From positions 841 through 64,840 of the forward strand of contig JAQBRD010000012.1 in assembly GCA_028286665.1 (NCBI GenBank): DNA of 64,000 nucleotides. Reading direction: 5' to 3'. Position numbers and translations under genes: made by a program. The first letter of the stretch is position 1, and the number at the start of each line of letters is the position of its first letter. Positions 28,820 to 37,902 of this stretch are shown here, in pieces. The notes below the pieces were generated by a model, which had not been told where the DNA came from, did not search any database, and saw nothing but the letters and a program-made list of their open reading frames with translations. Source of the stretch: Candidatus Tayloriibacteriota bacterium. Its GTDB lineage: Bacteria > Patescibacteriota > Minisyncoccia > Phycocordibacterales > PALSA-1337.

Positions 28820-31800
28820 ATGGCCGCAAATCGGATCTATTCAAAAAAAGCTTTTTTCAGCATATTTCTTTCTGTGCTTATGCCGCTGCTTCTCCTTTCT
28901 GTTCTGATCTCTGATCCGGCAAGTTCGGACGCTGCGGGGGGCTGCGCTCCTTCCATCTATTGGTATAAGACTGGAGCGGATGCGTACTGGACTACGCTCG
29001 CCGGCAATTGGTGGACGGATGAAGCGCATACTTCGCAAGCGTCAGCATTGCCTGCTTCAGGCGCTTGCGTCGGCACTGTTCCTGACAGTGAAATTCCCAT
29101 CGTCGTCGTCGATGACGTTCCTGAGGTATCTACCCTTGCCGGGATAGATGCGACAGCTACAGGAATCATTTTTACGAGCAGCGACGGTGCCTCGTTTCCA
29201 AACATACATTACGAAATTCAAGGCGATGTCACGCTCAAAGGTTCCGTCGTTCTTCAGGGCGAACTTCACGCTGCGGGCACCATCACATTCGATGGTACGA
29301 GCGTCAATCAAGGCTCGCCGGATCGCAATTCGCTCGTGTTCAGCGGAGCGAGCCATAATGAGGCGAATTTTCCTGGAGGCTCCGGAACATTTACGTTCAA
29401 CGGTTCGAGCTACAATACGGGATTTCTCGATGCAGCCTTCGTCACTTTCAATGGTTCGAGCCATAGCGACGGGGGTATTTTCGGCAGCATAACATTCAAT
29501 GGATCAAGCTACACTACTAACCAGATAGCCGGCGGCAGCCATACAATACTCAATACTGATCATTATGGCGGAGTGGTGCCTATCGGCGGCGTGCTCACGC
29601 TCAATGGAAACCAGAATTGGTGGGCAACTGAAGGAGGCAATGCGTATGATTCGAATGATCAGCTGATCACGTCATTCATATTCAACGGATCAAGCTATCT
29701 GCATCAGGATTCACAAGTCAGCGGCGATGCGGTATTCAACGATTCCAGCCATATCGATGGGAGTGTATCCGGCAATGCGAAGATGAACACAGATTATTAT
29801 GGCGGAGTAGTGCCGACCGGCGGCGTGATCACATTGAATGGGACGCAGGTATGGAATGCACCAGTCACCATGATTACGGATTCGAATGATGAACCGATCA
29901 CGTCAATCATTTTCAATGAATCAAGCTATAATGCGGGCACTGTTAATGCCATGGCCGCATTCAATGGCTCCGCGTATAATGCAGGTTACATATACGGCAC
30001 CTCGACCTTCAATGGCGTCAGCTTTAATGGCGCGGGCGGCACTCCTGGTTCGGTAGCGATTTTCAATGCTTCGAGCAGCAACCGGAGCGATGTTATGGGG
30101 GAAGCAACCTTCAATGACTCAGCTTATAATACCGGCAACCTCTATAACACCGCCACATTCAATGCATCGAGCAGCAACCTGTACGGAGCATCGATCTACA
30201 GTCCTGCGACTTTCAATGGTACGAGCTACAATGAAGGCTACATCGAAGCGCTGACGACATTCAATGCATCGAGCAGCAATGCGGGAGGAGGAATTATCAA
30301 TGGCGATGCCGAATTCCATGGTGTGAGCTATAACGGCGGCAGCGTGACCGGCAGCGCGACATTCAACGACTCGACGTATAACATATTCAACGTTGCGGTC
30401 TTGGCGACATTCAATGACTTCAGCCATAATGACGCAGCTACTGATTTTCCTGCTGATGCGATATTCAATGATTCGAGCTTCAATCAGACCAATGCGGTCG
30501 TGTATGGACATGCGACATTCAATGACCTGAGCTATAACCTGGGAACTATCGATTCGGATGCGACATTCAACACGGCATATTACGGGGGAGTCCTTCCTGC
30601 GGGCGGGCTTTTCACGATAGGCGGCGGAAAATCCTGGTACGGCAGCGTTGGAAATATTGCATTCGGTTCAGACGATGCCACTATCACGGCATTCGCATTC
30701 ATGGGAACGAGCACCAACGAGGGCACGGTTTTCGCGACTGTTCCTGCGAATGCGACGACCACCTTCTATGAAGACCTGTCAGAGAACCATGGCATCGTCA
30801 ATGGAACGAAAGTTCGGCGATACACGTCGAACGCCACGACGACCCGCAATTTCATCACCAGCGGTCCTTGGACGGTGATCGCTGACGGGGCGACGGTCGA
30901 TCTTTCCGGATCGAGTTTCAATGCGACGACGACTTTCCGGACTCTGAATGGCGGAGCGTTCGGGGTGCTTTCGACTGCTTGCGCCGCTCCATTGCCAGGA
31001 ACCCTCTCGTACGTCCTCTCCGGGGATATTTCAGGAAGCTGTACTGTAGCTTCGAGCGACGTCACGATCGATGGAAATGATCATGCGATCTCCGGCAATG
31101 TCATCGCCAACGGCATCGCAAGCGGCGCATCCGGTTTCAATCTGAATCTTGCCCGCGTCACGGTCGGCGGCACGGTTTCTTCGAACGGTGCCAACGGCAC
31201 GATCGGAGGATCAGGTGGCACGATCACCATATCCAGTTCGACGGTTGCGGCGGTGAGAGCGAACGGAGGAAATGGAACAGGGAATGGCGGCAACGGAGGA
31301 ATCATCGCACTGGTAGATTCGACGAGTACGGCATTGAGCGCGAATGGAGGCAATAGCTCGAATAACGGAGCGGGAGGTTCCGGCGGCACGATAAGTCTCG
31401 AAAACTCGACATCAACCTCGATCTCGGTCTCTGCGGGAACGGACGGTCCGAATAAGAATCCAGCGCAAGATTCCGGCCATGGCGGCACAAGCCATGCGAC
31501 AGATACCGCGCCTCCGGTCATAACTCTGAATGGAAGCAGCGCCGTCTCGATCGCCTTCGGCGGCACGTATGTCGAATTGGGCGCGACTGCGGTGGATGCG
31601 GTTTCAGGCTCGCGTACCGTGGTCATTTCCGGATCGGTGAATACTGCCGTTGCCGGAGTCTATGTGAAAACATACACTGCTGCTGACGCTGCCGGAAACA
31701 GCGCAAGCAAGACGAGAACGATCACCGTGCGTGCCCAAGCTACAGCAGCCAATACTAATCCTCCAGGAGGAGCTGCGACGCCAGCGCATGCTTCATCGCG

Positions 31801-32515
31801 ATCATCCGGTTCTGCTGCCATGCTTCCGACGCTCAATTTGGCTCCGCTTCCTTCATTCAGCAATAGCGTTTCAAACAATCTCGGAGTCTCGCATCTCGGC
31901 AACCCTCTCGAAGGCCTCAAGGCTTTCAGTTCGCTGAAGCTTTCCACGCTCTCGTTCAAGTTCGTGCCGCAGATCTCGACATTCGTCTTCGCGCCGCTTC
32001 CAGCATCGGTTGCGAAGATACTCGGCAGATCTCCGAAGCTGTCGAACCTCGTCGCATCCGTCGGCGTCTCTCGCGAGCAGGATCTCGTCGCGCTTCTCCG
32101 GAACCCGATCCTGATCCCGAAGCCTGCTGCAGGCGACATTCCGCCAGGACTCTTCATCGCGACTGCCTCCAGCACGCCGCTCGAGCTGTATCTCGCCGGA
32201 GACGCTGAGCATCGTCTTGCGGAACTTGTCCGGACGCAGCCGGGAACTGTTCTCGATATCGCATTCGTGCCGCTGAGCAAGAGCAGCGTACAGGCCAAAT
32301 TCCGCGGCAGCCCGATCAAATTCTTCGCATCGCGCACGGCAGAGGTGCATGCAGTAATCGCTGCTCCTGATGTTCCCGGCAGATATTTCATGACTACTTC
32401 CGCCGCTCCATTTCCGCTCATCATCGAAGTTGTCGCACTGAAGCAGCAGTCTGCGCCGGCGAAGCCTGAGGCGAAAGGGAAGTTCGGCAGCTGGCTGAGC
32501 GGACTGTTTCATTAA
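28820..32515 (+). CDS. large secreted surface protein: beta-helix-like FNxxSxNxG repeats, Gly-rich region, DUF5011-like Ig domain
   Basis: Signal peptide; many ATFNxSSxN repeats; DTAPPVITLNG...YVELGATAVD...YTAADAAGN. Confidence 0.8.
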   Translation: MAANRIYSKKAFFSIFLSVLMPLLLLSVLISDPASSDAAGGCAPSIYWYKTGADAYWTTLAGNWWTDEAHTSQASALPASGACVGTVPDSEIPIVVVDDVPEVSTLAGIDATATGIIFTSSDGASFPNIHYEIQGDVTLKGSVVLQGELHAAGTITFDGTSVNQGSPDRNSLVFSGASHNEANFPGGSGTFTFNGSSYNTGFLDAAFVTFNGSSHSDGGIFGSITFNGSSYTTNQIAGGSHTILNTDHYGGVVPIGGVLTLNGNQNWWATEGGNAYDSNDQLITSFIFNGSSYLHQDSQVSGDAVFNDSSHIDGSVSGNAKMNTDYYGGVVPTGGVITLNGTQVWNAPVTMITDSNDEPITSIIFNESSYNAGTVNAMAAFNGSAYNAGYIYGTSTFNGVSFNGAGGTPGSVAIFNASSSNRSDVMGEATFNDSAYNTGNLYNTATFNASSSNLYGASIYSPATFNGTSYNEGYIEALTTFNASSSNAGGGIINGDAEFHGVSYNGGSVTGSATFNDSTYNIFNVAVLATFNDFSHNDAATDFPADAIFNDSSFNQTNAVVYGHATFNDLSYNLGTIDSDATFNTAYYGGVLPAGGLFTIGGGKSWYGSVGNIAFGSDDATITAFAFMGTSTNEGTVFATVPANATTTFYEDLSENHGIVNGTKVRRYTSNATTTRNFITSGPWTVIADGATVDLSGSSFNATTTFRTLNGGAFGVLSTACAAPLPGTLSYVLSGDISGSCTVASSDVTIDGNDHAISGNVIANGIASGASGFNLNLARVTVGGTVSSNGANGTIGGSGGTITISSSTVAAVRANGGNGTGNGGNGGIIALVDSTSTALSANGGNSSNNGAGGSGGTISLENSTSTSISVSAGTDGPNKNPAQDSGHGGTSHATDTAPPVITLNGSSAVSIAFGGTYVELGATAVDAVSGSRTVVISGSVNTAVAGVYVKTYTAADAAGNSASKTRTITVRAQATAANTNPPGGAATPAHASSRSSGSAAMLPTLNLAPLPSFSNSVSNNLGVSHLGNPLEGLKAFSSLKLSTLSFKFVPQISTFVFAPLPASVAKILGRSPKLSNLVASVGVSREQDLVALLRNPILIPKPAAGDIPPGLFIATASSTPLELYLAGDAEHRLAELVRTQPGTVLDIAFVPLSKSSVQAKFRGSPIKFFASRTAEVHAVIAAPDVPGRYFMTTSAAPFPLIIEVVALKQQSAPAKPEAKGKFGSWLSGLFH

Positions 32516-32560
32516 GCAGAGATGGGATATACTTAGGGGCATACTAATCTTTAATTTCAT

Positions 32561-32947
32561 ATGTTCAAATTCACCACAGGGCTTCTCGAAAAAACTCGTC
32601 TCATGTCGAATATCCTGATGTTCCTTCTGCTCATCGGCAACATCTTCTTCAGCGTCCAGTATACGGAGCGGATGAAGGAGCAGGTTTTCGAAAATCAGCT
32701 CACAAGCCAGACTGAAGCCGACCGCGCCCAGATATCCCATTTTCTCAAGTTCTTCATCGACACCGTCATCAATACGCAGGGAACCGTTTCCTTCGATGAC
32801 CGAGTCAAGCTCGAGAACGATATCCGTCAGATCCACAATCCGGAACTCACCAAGCAGTGGGAGGATTTCGTCGGCAGCAAGGATAGCAAGACAGCCCAGC
32901 AGAATGCCGTGAAGCTCATGTCGATGCTCGTCGGCAAGATGGTCTAG
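32561..32947 (+). CDS. hypothetical single-TM protein
   Basis: Clean ORF with an N-terminal TM helix and host-like codons. Confidence 0.7.
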   Translation: MFKFTTGLLEKTRLMSNILMFLLLIGNIFFSVQYTERMKEQVFENQLTSQTEADRAQISHFLKFFIDTVINTQGTVSFDDRVKLENDIRQIHNPELTKQWEDFVGSKDSKTAQQNAVKLMSMLVGKMV

Positions 32948-32960
32948 GCAATACGCGAAG

Positions 32961-32994
32961 GAAAATGCCGTCGCATGCATGCGACGGCATTTTC
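32961..32994. terminator. perfect 34-bp palindrome, probable terminator
   Basis: GAAAATGCCGTCGCATG|CATGCGACGGCATTTTC. Confidence 0.65.
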
Positions 32995-33123
32995 GCAATG
33001 ACCCTTACAAGGTCTTGGCATGCCAAATCCAGCCCCGAGTCCATACTGGATTTTTCGTCAGAAATATTCTATAGTGTTGTGGCGCTTCAGCTATCGGCCG
33101 AAGCGGCATCGAAGCTCATATAT

Positions 33124-33197
33124 TGCGGGATCATCTAATGGTAGGATAGACGCCTCTGAAGCGTTTCATCTTGGTTCGAGTCCAAGTCCCGCAGCCA
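33124..33197 (+). tRNA. tRNA-Gln(CUG)
   Basis: TGCGGGA/TCCCGCA acceptor stem, GACGC-CTCTGAA-GCGTT anticodon arm, CTTGG-TTCGAGT-CCAAG T arm, G-CCA end. Confidence 0.95.
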
Positions 33198-34100
33198 ACT
33201 TGAGGTAGGTTCGGAGTCCGAGGAGCATCGAATCTGATATAATTACCAATATGAATAACTTATATCTCATCGGCGGCTCTCCGCGTTCCGGAAAGACCAT
33301 CATCTTTAAGGAGATGATAAATAGGAAACCGATGATCGCCATTTCTTCCGATGCGCTGCGAGAATCCGCTAGATATACATTGACTGAAGAACCATTTGTC
33401 AGCATACAAAAACTTTCTTTTGAAGGAGATGTTTCTTTCCATCGGGCGGGAGAGAATAAAGACATATCTCATGCAAAACATTTTTCATACGATATCGACC
33501 AAGAAGAACTGACTTGGAAAGCGATTGTCGGATTGATCAACTTTTATGACCGAAAGTCCGGCAACTCTCTCATTATTGAAGGAATGGCGATTACTCCTGA
33601 GCGAGTCAAAAGCCTGTCTCTTAAGAATCTGAAGATAAAAGCTGCTTTTGTAGGGTTTACCGATGATTCTCATCTTAAGAATATTCTTGAATATGCCCAT
33701 GCGAATGAAGATTGGGTTCATAAGAAAATTACGCTTGAGGATGGCGGAGATGATTCTTCCGTAAGGAAATGGTTTAATGAAGAACTTGGCAAGAATAAAG
33801 AGGATGCTACTCTCGCAAAGGAATATGGTTACGAATTTTTCTCTCCTCATGAGGGTTCTTTTGAGGAATATACAAATAAGGTGGTGGAGTATCTTCTTGG
33901 TTAGTTGGTCATTCCGAGGAAGGTCAAAATGCCATATTCAAACATCTCAGAAAACCCTTGTGGGGTCTAACGGCAGAAGTTCCGAACCCGAGAAGGCCGG
34001 AGCGCAGCCGCCATGTTGCGCAGCAACGGCGGCAAGCGAGGCGGGGTCGAGCAAAATCTGCGAAGCAGATTTATGCGTGACCGAGTCCAAGTCCCGCAGC
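33177..34100. mobile_element. integrase-less genomic islet bounded by a duplicated tRNA-Gln 3' end
   Basis: CGAGTCCAAGTCCCGCAGC at 33177-33195 and 34082-34100; AT-rich cargo gene. Confidence 0.7.
33251..33904 (+). CDS. P-loop kinase-like protein (AAA_33 / 2-phosphoglycerate-kinase-like)
   Basis: GGSPRSGKT, SSDALR, LIIEG; AT-rich. Confidence 0.75.
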   Translation: MNNLYLIGGSPRSGKTIIFKEMINRKPMIAISSDALRESARYTLTEEPFVSIQKLSFEGDVSFHRAGENKDISHAKHFSYDIDQEELTWKAIVGLINFYDRKSGNSLIIEGMAITPERVKSLSLKNLKIKAAFVGFTDDSHLKNILEYAHANEDWVHKKITLEDGGDDSSVRKWFNEELGKNKEDATLAKEYGYEFFSPHEGSFEEYTNKVVEYLLG

Positions 34101-34127
34101 TCGTAATTTACGTGTTAAGATTCGCAT

Positions 34128-34550
34128 ATGAATAGCGAACAAATCATAAAGGTTGGGATTGGTGTAACCGTTTTTAAAGACGGCAAGATACTTATGGGAA
34201 AAAGAAAGAAAGCGCATGGAAGCGGAGAGTATGCATACCCCGGGGGTCATTTCGAATATATGGAATCCTTCATTGATTCTGCTCAGAGAGAGGTGCGGGA
34301 AGAGACCGGTATAGAAATAGATAACATCAGATTTCTGGGTTTGCTCAATCTCAAGAATTACGCTCCGAAACATTACGTTCATATCATGCTTGCGGCAGAT
34401 TGGAAAAGCGGTGAACCGCAAGTACTAGAACCTGAAAAGTGCGAAGGGTGGGATTGGTATGAAGTTGATAATTTGCCTTCACCGCGATTTGCTACTGCTG
34501 ATAAGCATATCGAGGCAATAAAAACAGGAGTTAATTTCTTCGATAATTAG
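34128..34550 (+). CDS. NUDIX hydrolase (NUDT15/MTH2-like)
   Basis: GG..EYMES...AQREVREETGI; EPEKCEGWDW. Confidence 0.93.
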   Translation: MNSEQIIKVGIGVTVFKDGKILMGKRKKAHGSGEYAYPGGHFEYMESFIDSAQREVREETGIEIDNIRFLGLLNLKNYAPKHYVHIMLAADWKSGEPQVLEPEKCEGWDWYEVDNLPSPRFATADKHIEAIKTGVNFFDN

Positions 34551-34667
34551 TTAAAAGGGCTCCAACTTCCTACCACACGGCCAGCCAAAGAGGCGGATAT
34601 TAAATTCGACGATGGCGTTTCTGCGCTTCCCGTTTCCTTCTGACGAAATCGCGTTATACTATAGCCC

Positions 34668-35570
34668 ATGTGGATCCTATTCGCCTTCCTCGCGCCAGCG
34701 CTCTATGCCGTCGGAGAAATATTCGATGAATATCTGAGCAATCAGGGCTTCAAGAACATCTCGTCGCTCATATTCTTCGCATGCCTCCTCAATTTCATAT
34801 TCATACCCGTCATCTTCCTCATCGAGCGGCCGATGCTGCCGCCGCTGCACCTGATCTGGCCGCTCATCGGCGTCGCGCTCACGAATCTCCTCTACCTCTA
34901 TCCGTATTATAAATCCCTGAAGATCGAGGATACCTCGGTCGTCTCGGCATTCTTCTCCTTCGGCAAGATCATCATTCCGATATTCGCATTCGCCTTCATC
35001 GGGGAAGTGCTGCAGCTGCGCGAATATGTCGGCATCGCGATCATCATCCTCGGAAACATATTTCTCGCATTCCATGCGACGAAGAAGAAATTGACTCTGA
35101 GCAAGGCTTTCTACCTCATCATCTTCGCGTCGACGCTCCTCGCGATCGAAGGCATCCTCTTCAAATACATGTTCGAGCAGGGAATGAATTGGAGCACGGC
35201 AGTCGGCGGTCAGCTCCTCATCTCGGGCGTTCTTGGCTGCACGACGCTCCTGCTTTTCAAGAAATCGAGAACCCGCATCATGGAAGACCGCGGGCATTTC
35301 AGGAAGAATTCGGTATTCTTCTTCACTGAGGAGCTCTTCACATTCCTCGCACTTGCTGCAGAAACCTACGCCATCAGCCTCGCGCCGGTGAGCCTCGTCA
35401 AGGGAATCGGCATGGCCATTCCGATATTCGTGCTTACGTATACCGTCGCAGTCAAGAGATTCAGGCCGAAAGCTTTCCACGAAGACACGCATCGCGGCAT
35501 CGTGGCGAAGAAAGTCTTCACGTTCGGACTGATCATCGTCGGGCTGCTGCTTATCGGGGTCGCTGATTAG
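34668..35570 (+). CDS. EamA/DMT family transporter
   Basis: About 10 TMs in two repeats. Confidence 0.85.
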   Translation: MWILFAFLAPALYAVGEIFDEYLSNQGFKNISSLIFFACLLNFIFIPVIFLIERPMLPPLHLIWPLIGVALTNLLYLYPYYKSLKIEDTSVVSAFFSFGKIIIPIFAFAFIGEVLQLREYVGIAIIILGNIFLAFHATKKKLTLSKAFYLIIFASTLLAIEGILFKYMFEQGMNWSTAVGGQLLISGVLGCTTLLLFKKSRTRIMEDRGHFRKNSVFFFTEELFTFLALAAETYAISLAPVSLVKGIGMAIPIFVLTYTVAVKRFRPKAFHEDTHRGIVAKKVFTFGLIIVGLLLIGVAD

Positions 35571-35585
35571 ATAGCTGATTCCAAC

Positions 35586-35615
35586 AGCAAAACGCACCCA
35601 ACAATGCGTTTTGCT
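35586..35615. terminator. bidirectional terminator
   Basis: AGCAAAACGCA...TGCGTTTTGCT between convergent genes. Confidence 0.7.
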
Positions 35616-35640
35616 TCATTATAGATTTTGCTTCAGACGC

Positions 35641-36585
35641 TTAGAGTCCGAGAGCGGTCGTAATACTGAACTGAGTTGTCGTTCGCGTGTTTCCTGCAGC
35701 ATCCTTCGATTCCGCTACCATATAGTACTTGGTCGATGTGCTGAGTCCTGAGAGGGCAATCTCGTGGTTCGTCACAAGAGAAGCATTATCAACGCGTGCG
35801 GTGCTTGTCGAATTCACATTGACTGGATTCGTCGCTGAGAAATAGACTCGCGTCGTCGCAGCTTCATTCGTGTTCCAGAAAACCTTCGCTGATGTCGATG
35901 CTACGGTCGCGTACAGGCTGGTCATGACTGGTGCTCGGGTGTCTGAAACCGTCGAGCTTGCCTGAGTCGTGAAAGAGAATTGGCCAGATGTCGTCGCATT
36001 TCCGGCGTTGTCTCGCACTTCGATGAGCGCATAGTACGTAGTGCTTGCGCTGAGGTTTGAAATCGTTACGTCGTGATTTTTCGTCATCTCATTTCTCACG
36101 GCGATTCGCGTAGTCGAAGCTGTCTTCGATGCCGGCGTACTCGTGCTTACGAAGATCTTCGCATCAGATCTCTCATTCGTCGACCATCGAATTTCTGCAG
36201 CACTGCCTGTGGTCTGAGTCACGATGGCGCTTATGACCGGCGCGAGCGTATCGTGGGCATCGCGGTCCTCGTTGTTTCGATTTTCATTGTCGCGATCATC
36301 ATGCGTGCGGTCTTCATTTTGAAATTTATTTGCGATGCCGTTCGGAATATGGCATCGGCCTGACATGTCTGCTGCAGTGACTGCTCCGTTGAGCTTGATC
36401 CATCCAGGAGCGATGAGATGTCCGTACGCATGGAAGCAGCTTTCTTTCTGGAGCACTTTGTCAGCGCCTCGGTCATTGCCCTTGCCATTCTCCTTTGCGA
36501 AGCTGACGCTCGGGCTCATCGCGATCGTCGCTGCGAGCGCTGTTATGGCTGCAAGCTTGCTGAAAGTCATATTGTGTTTATTCAT
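35641..36585 (-). CDS. secreted protein with two fibronectin type III-like domains
   Basis: Signal peptide; twice W.TNE...H.V.I..L..ST.YY..E..D.AGN. Confidence 0.85.
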   Translation of the reverse strand: MNKHNMTFSKLAAITALAATIAMSPSVSFAKENGKGNDRGADKVLQKESCFHAYGHLIAPGWIKLNGAVTAADMSGRCHIPNGIANKFQNEDRTHDDRDNENRNNEDRDAHDTLAPVISAIVTQTTGSAAEIRWSTNERSDAKIFVSTSTPASKTASTTRIAVRNEMTKNHDVTISNLSASTTYYALIEVRDNAGNATTSGQFSFTTQASSTVSDTRAPVMTSLYATVASTSAKVFWNTNEAATTRVYFSATNPVNVNSTSTARVDNASLVTNHEIALSGLSTSTKYYMVAESKDAAGNTRTTTQFSITTALGL

Positions 36586-36620
36586 GATGTTTGGGTTATT
36601 GGTAATGGTACAAGGCCGAT

Positions 36621-36646
36621 GACGCGGGGCAGCGGCAATCCTTACA
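36621..36646 (-). promoter_or_regulatory. putative ECF sigma promoter
   Basis: TGTAAG-N16-CGTC upstream of the FN3 gene. Confidence 0.7.
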
Positions 36647-36681
36647 TCGACAAATAATGGATTATGTTGTATTTTAGTAAA

Positions 36682-36707
36682 TGTAAGAAAGTCATTCCAA
36701 GGACGTC
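36682..36707 (+). promoter_or_regulatory. putative ECF sigma autoregulatory promoter
   Basis: TGTAAG-N16-CGTC upstream of the sigma gene. Confidence 0.7.
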
Positions 36708-36733
36708 TGCCCATATAGGGTCTCCACATACTG

Positions 36734-37264
36734 ATGAACTCAAGCCTCGAAAAAGCATTCATAGACCTCTATGCAAAGGAAGCCGACGCTGTCTTTCGCT
36801 TCTGCCTTATGCGCACATCGAATCGCGACGTGGCAAGGGATCTCACGCAGGAAGCATTCACGAAGATCTGGACAAGCATGCAGGACGGCATCGATATTCA
36901 GAATATGCGGGCATTCGTATTCAAGGTCTCAAGGAATCTCCTGATCGACTGGTACCGGAAGAAGAAGCCGTCATCTCTCGATGCGATGGCAGATGAGGAT
37001 ATCCATGGTGAGATCGCTCTCGTCGAGGACGGCGCCGAAATGGCCGCAGAGATGAGCGCGGAAGCGAGATTCCTCATAGCGAAGATCGGGGAACTGGAAC
37101 CGGCGTATCAGCAGGTCGTCTATCTCAGGTTCGTCGAAGACTTGAAGCCGCAGGAGATCGCAGATGCTCTCGGAGAATCGGTGAATGTCATATCGGTGCG
37201 GATAACGAGAGGGATCGAGAAGCTTCGGCAGATGACAGGATATGAGAAAGAAAATTCCAAATGA
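36734..37264 (+). CDS. ECF RNA polymerase sigma factor
   Basis: Region 2 (ARDLTQEAF..RNLLIDWYRK) and region 4 HTH. Confidence 0.95.
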   Translation: MNSSLEKAFIDLYAKEADAVFRFCLMRTSNRDVARDLTQEAFTKIWTSMQDGIDIQNMRAFVFKVSRNLLIDWYRKKKPSSLDAMADEDIHGEIALVEDGAEMAAEMSAEARFLIAKIGELEPAYQQVVYLRFVEDLKPQEIADALGESVNVISVRITRGIEKLRQMTGYEKENSK

Positions 37265-37902
37265 AAAACTTCAATCTACAAAACGCGATACAGGATTTCA
37301 AGAAAGCAGGCCTCTCTCAGGATGAAAAGAGGGATATGCTGGCGCGCATCATGCAGAAGCCGGCAGCGCTTCCGATCAAGTCTCCTTTCCTCACCTTTTT
37401 TCCGAGGAGGATGGCATATGCGATGGTCGCTCTGTTATTTGTTGCAGGGAGCGTCGGCACATCATATGCAGCGGAAAGGGCCGTTCCGGGAGACGCGCTC
37501 TATCCGGTGAAGATACATGTGAACGAATCGCTCAGAGGTGTACTCTCAATCAAGAAAGAGGCGAAGATAGAATGGGAAGCGGAGAAAGCCGAACGCCGCC
37601 TTGCAGAAGCTCGCGTGCTCGCGTCGCAAGGCAGGCTCGATGAAGGTGCGCGCAAAGGCATCGAAACTAAGTTCAATCTCCACGCTGAAAAGTTCAGCGA
37701 AATTTCCAATGAAGATGGAAGAAGCGACACTAACGAGAAGAACGCCGAGCATCTGCATGATAAGTTCGAAGCCGGAATAAAGGCTGAGACCGGCAAGCTC
37801 GACCTCATCAAGGGTTCCTCCGGCGATGTCCAGAAGCATGAGATCCAGGAGCTTGAGAATGCCATCAAGGGAAAGATGCAGAAGATACAGAAGCATATAT
37901 GA
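37261..37902 (+). CDS. putative anti-sigma factor (DUF5667-like)
   Basis: ATGA overlap with the sigma gene; TM then AVPGDALYPVK. Confidence 0.8.
   Translation: MKNFNLQNAIQDFKKAGLSQDEKRDMLARIMQKPAALPIKSPFLTFFPRRMAYAMVALLFVAGSVGTSYAAERAVPGDALYPVKIHVNESLRGVLSIKKEAKIEWEAEKAERRLAEARVLASQGRLDEGARKGIETKFNLHAEKFSEISNEDGRSDTNEKNAEHLHDKFEAGIKAETGKLDLIKGSSGDVQKHEIQELENAIKGKMQKIQKHI

Noticed and set aside
32983-33009. Fifth ECF promoter (TGTAAG-N17-CGTC, minus strand)
   Set aside because: Spacing differs, it overlaps a palindrome and points antisense into a gene
33208-33988. 8-bp inverted repeat GGTTCGGA/TCCGAACC as IS ends
   Set aside because: Too short to be significant; no transposase or target duplication
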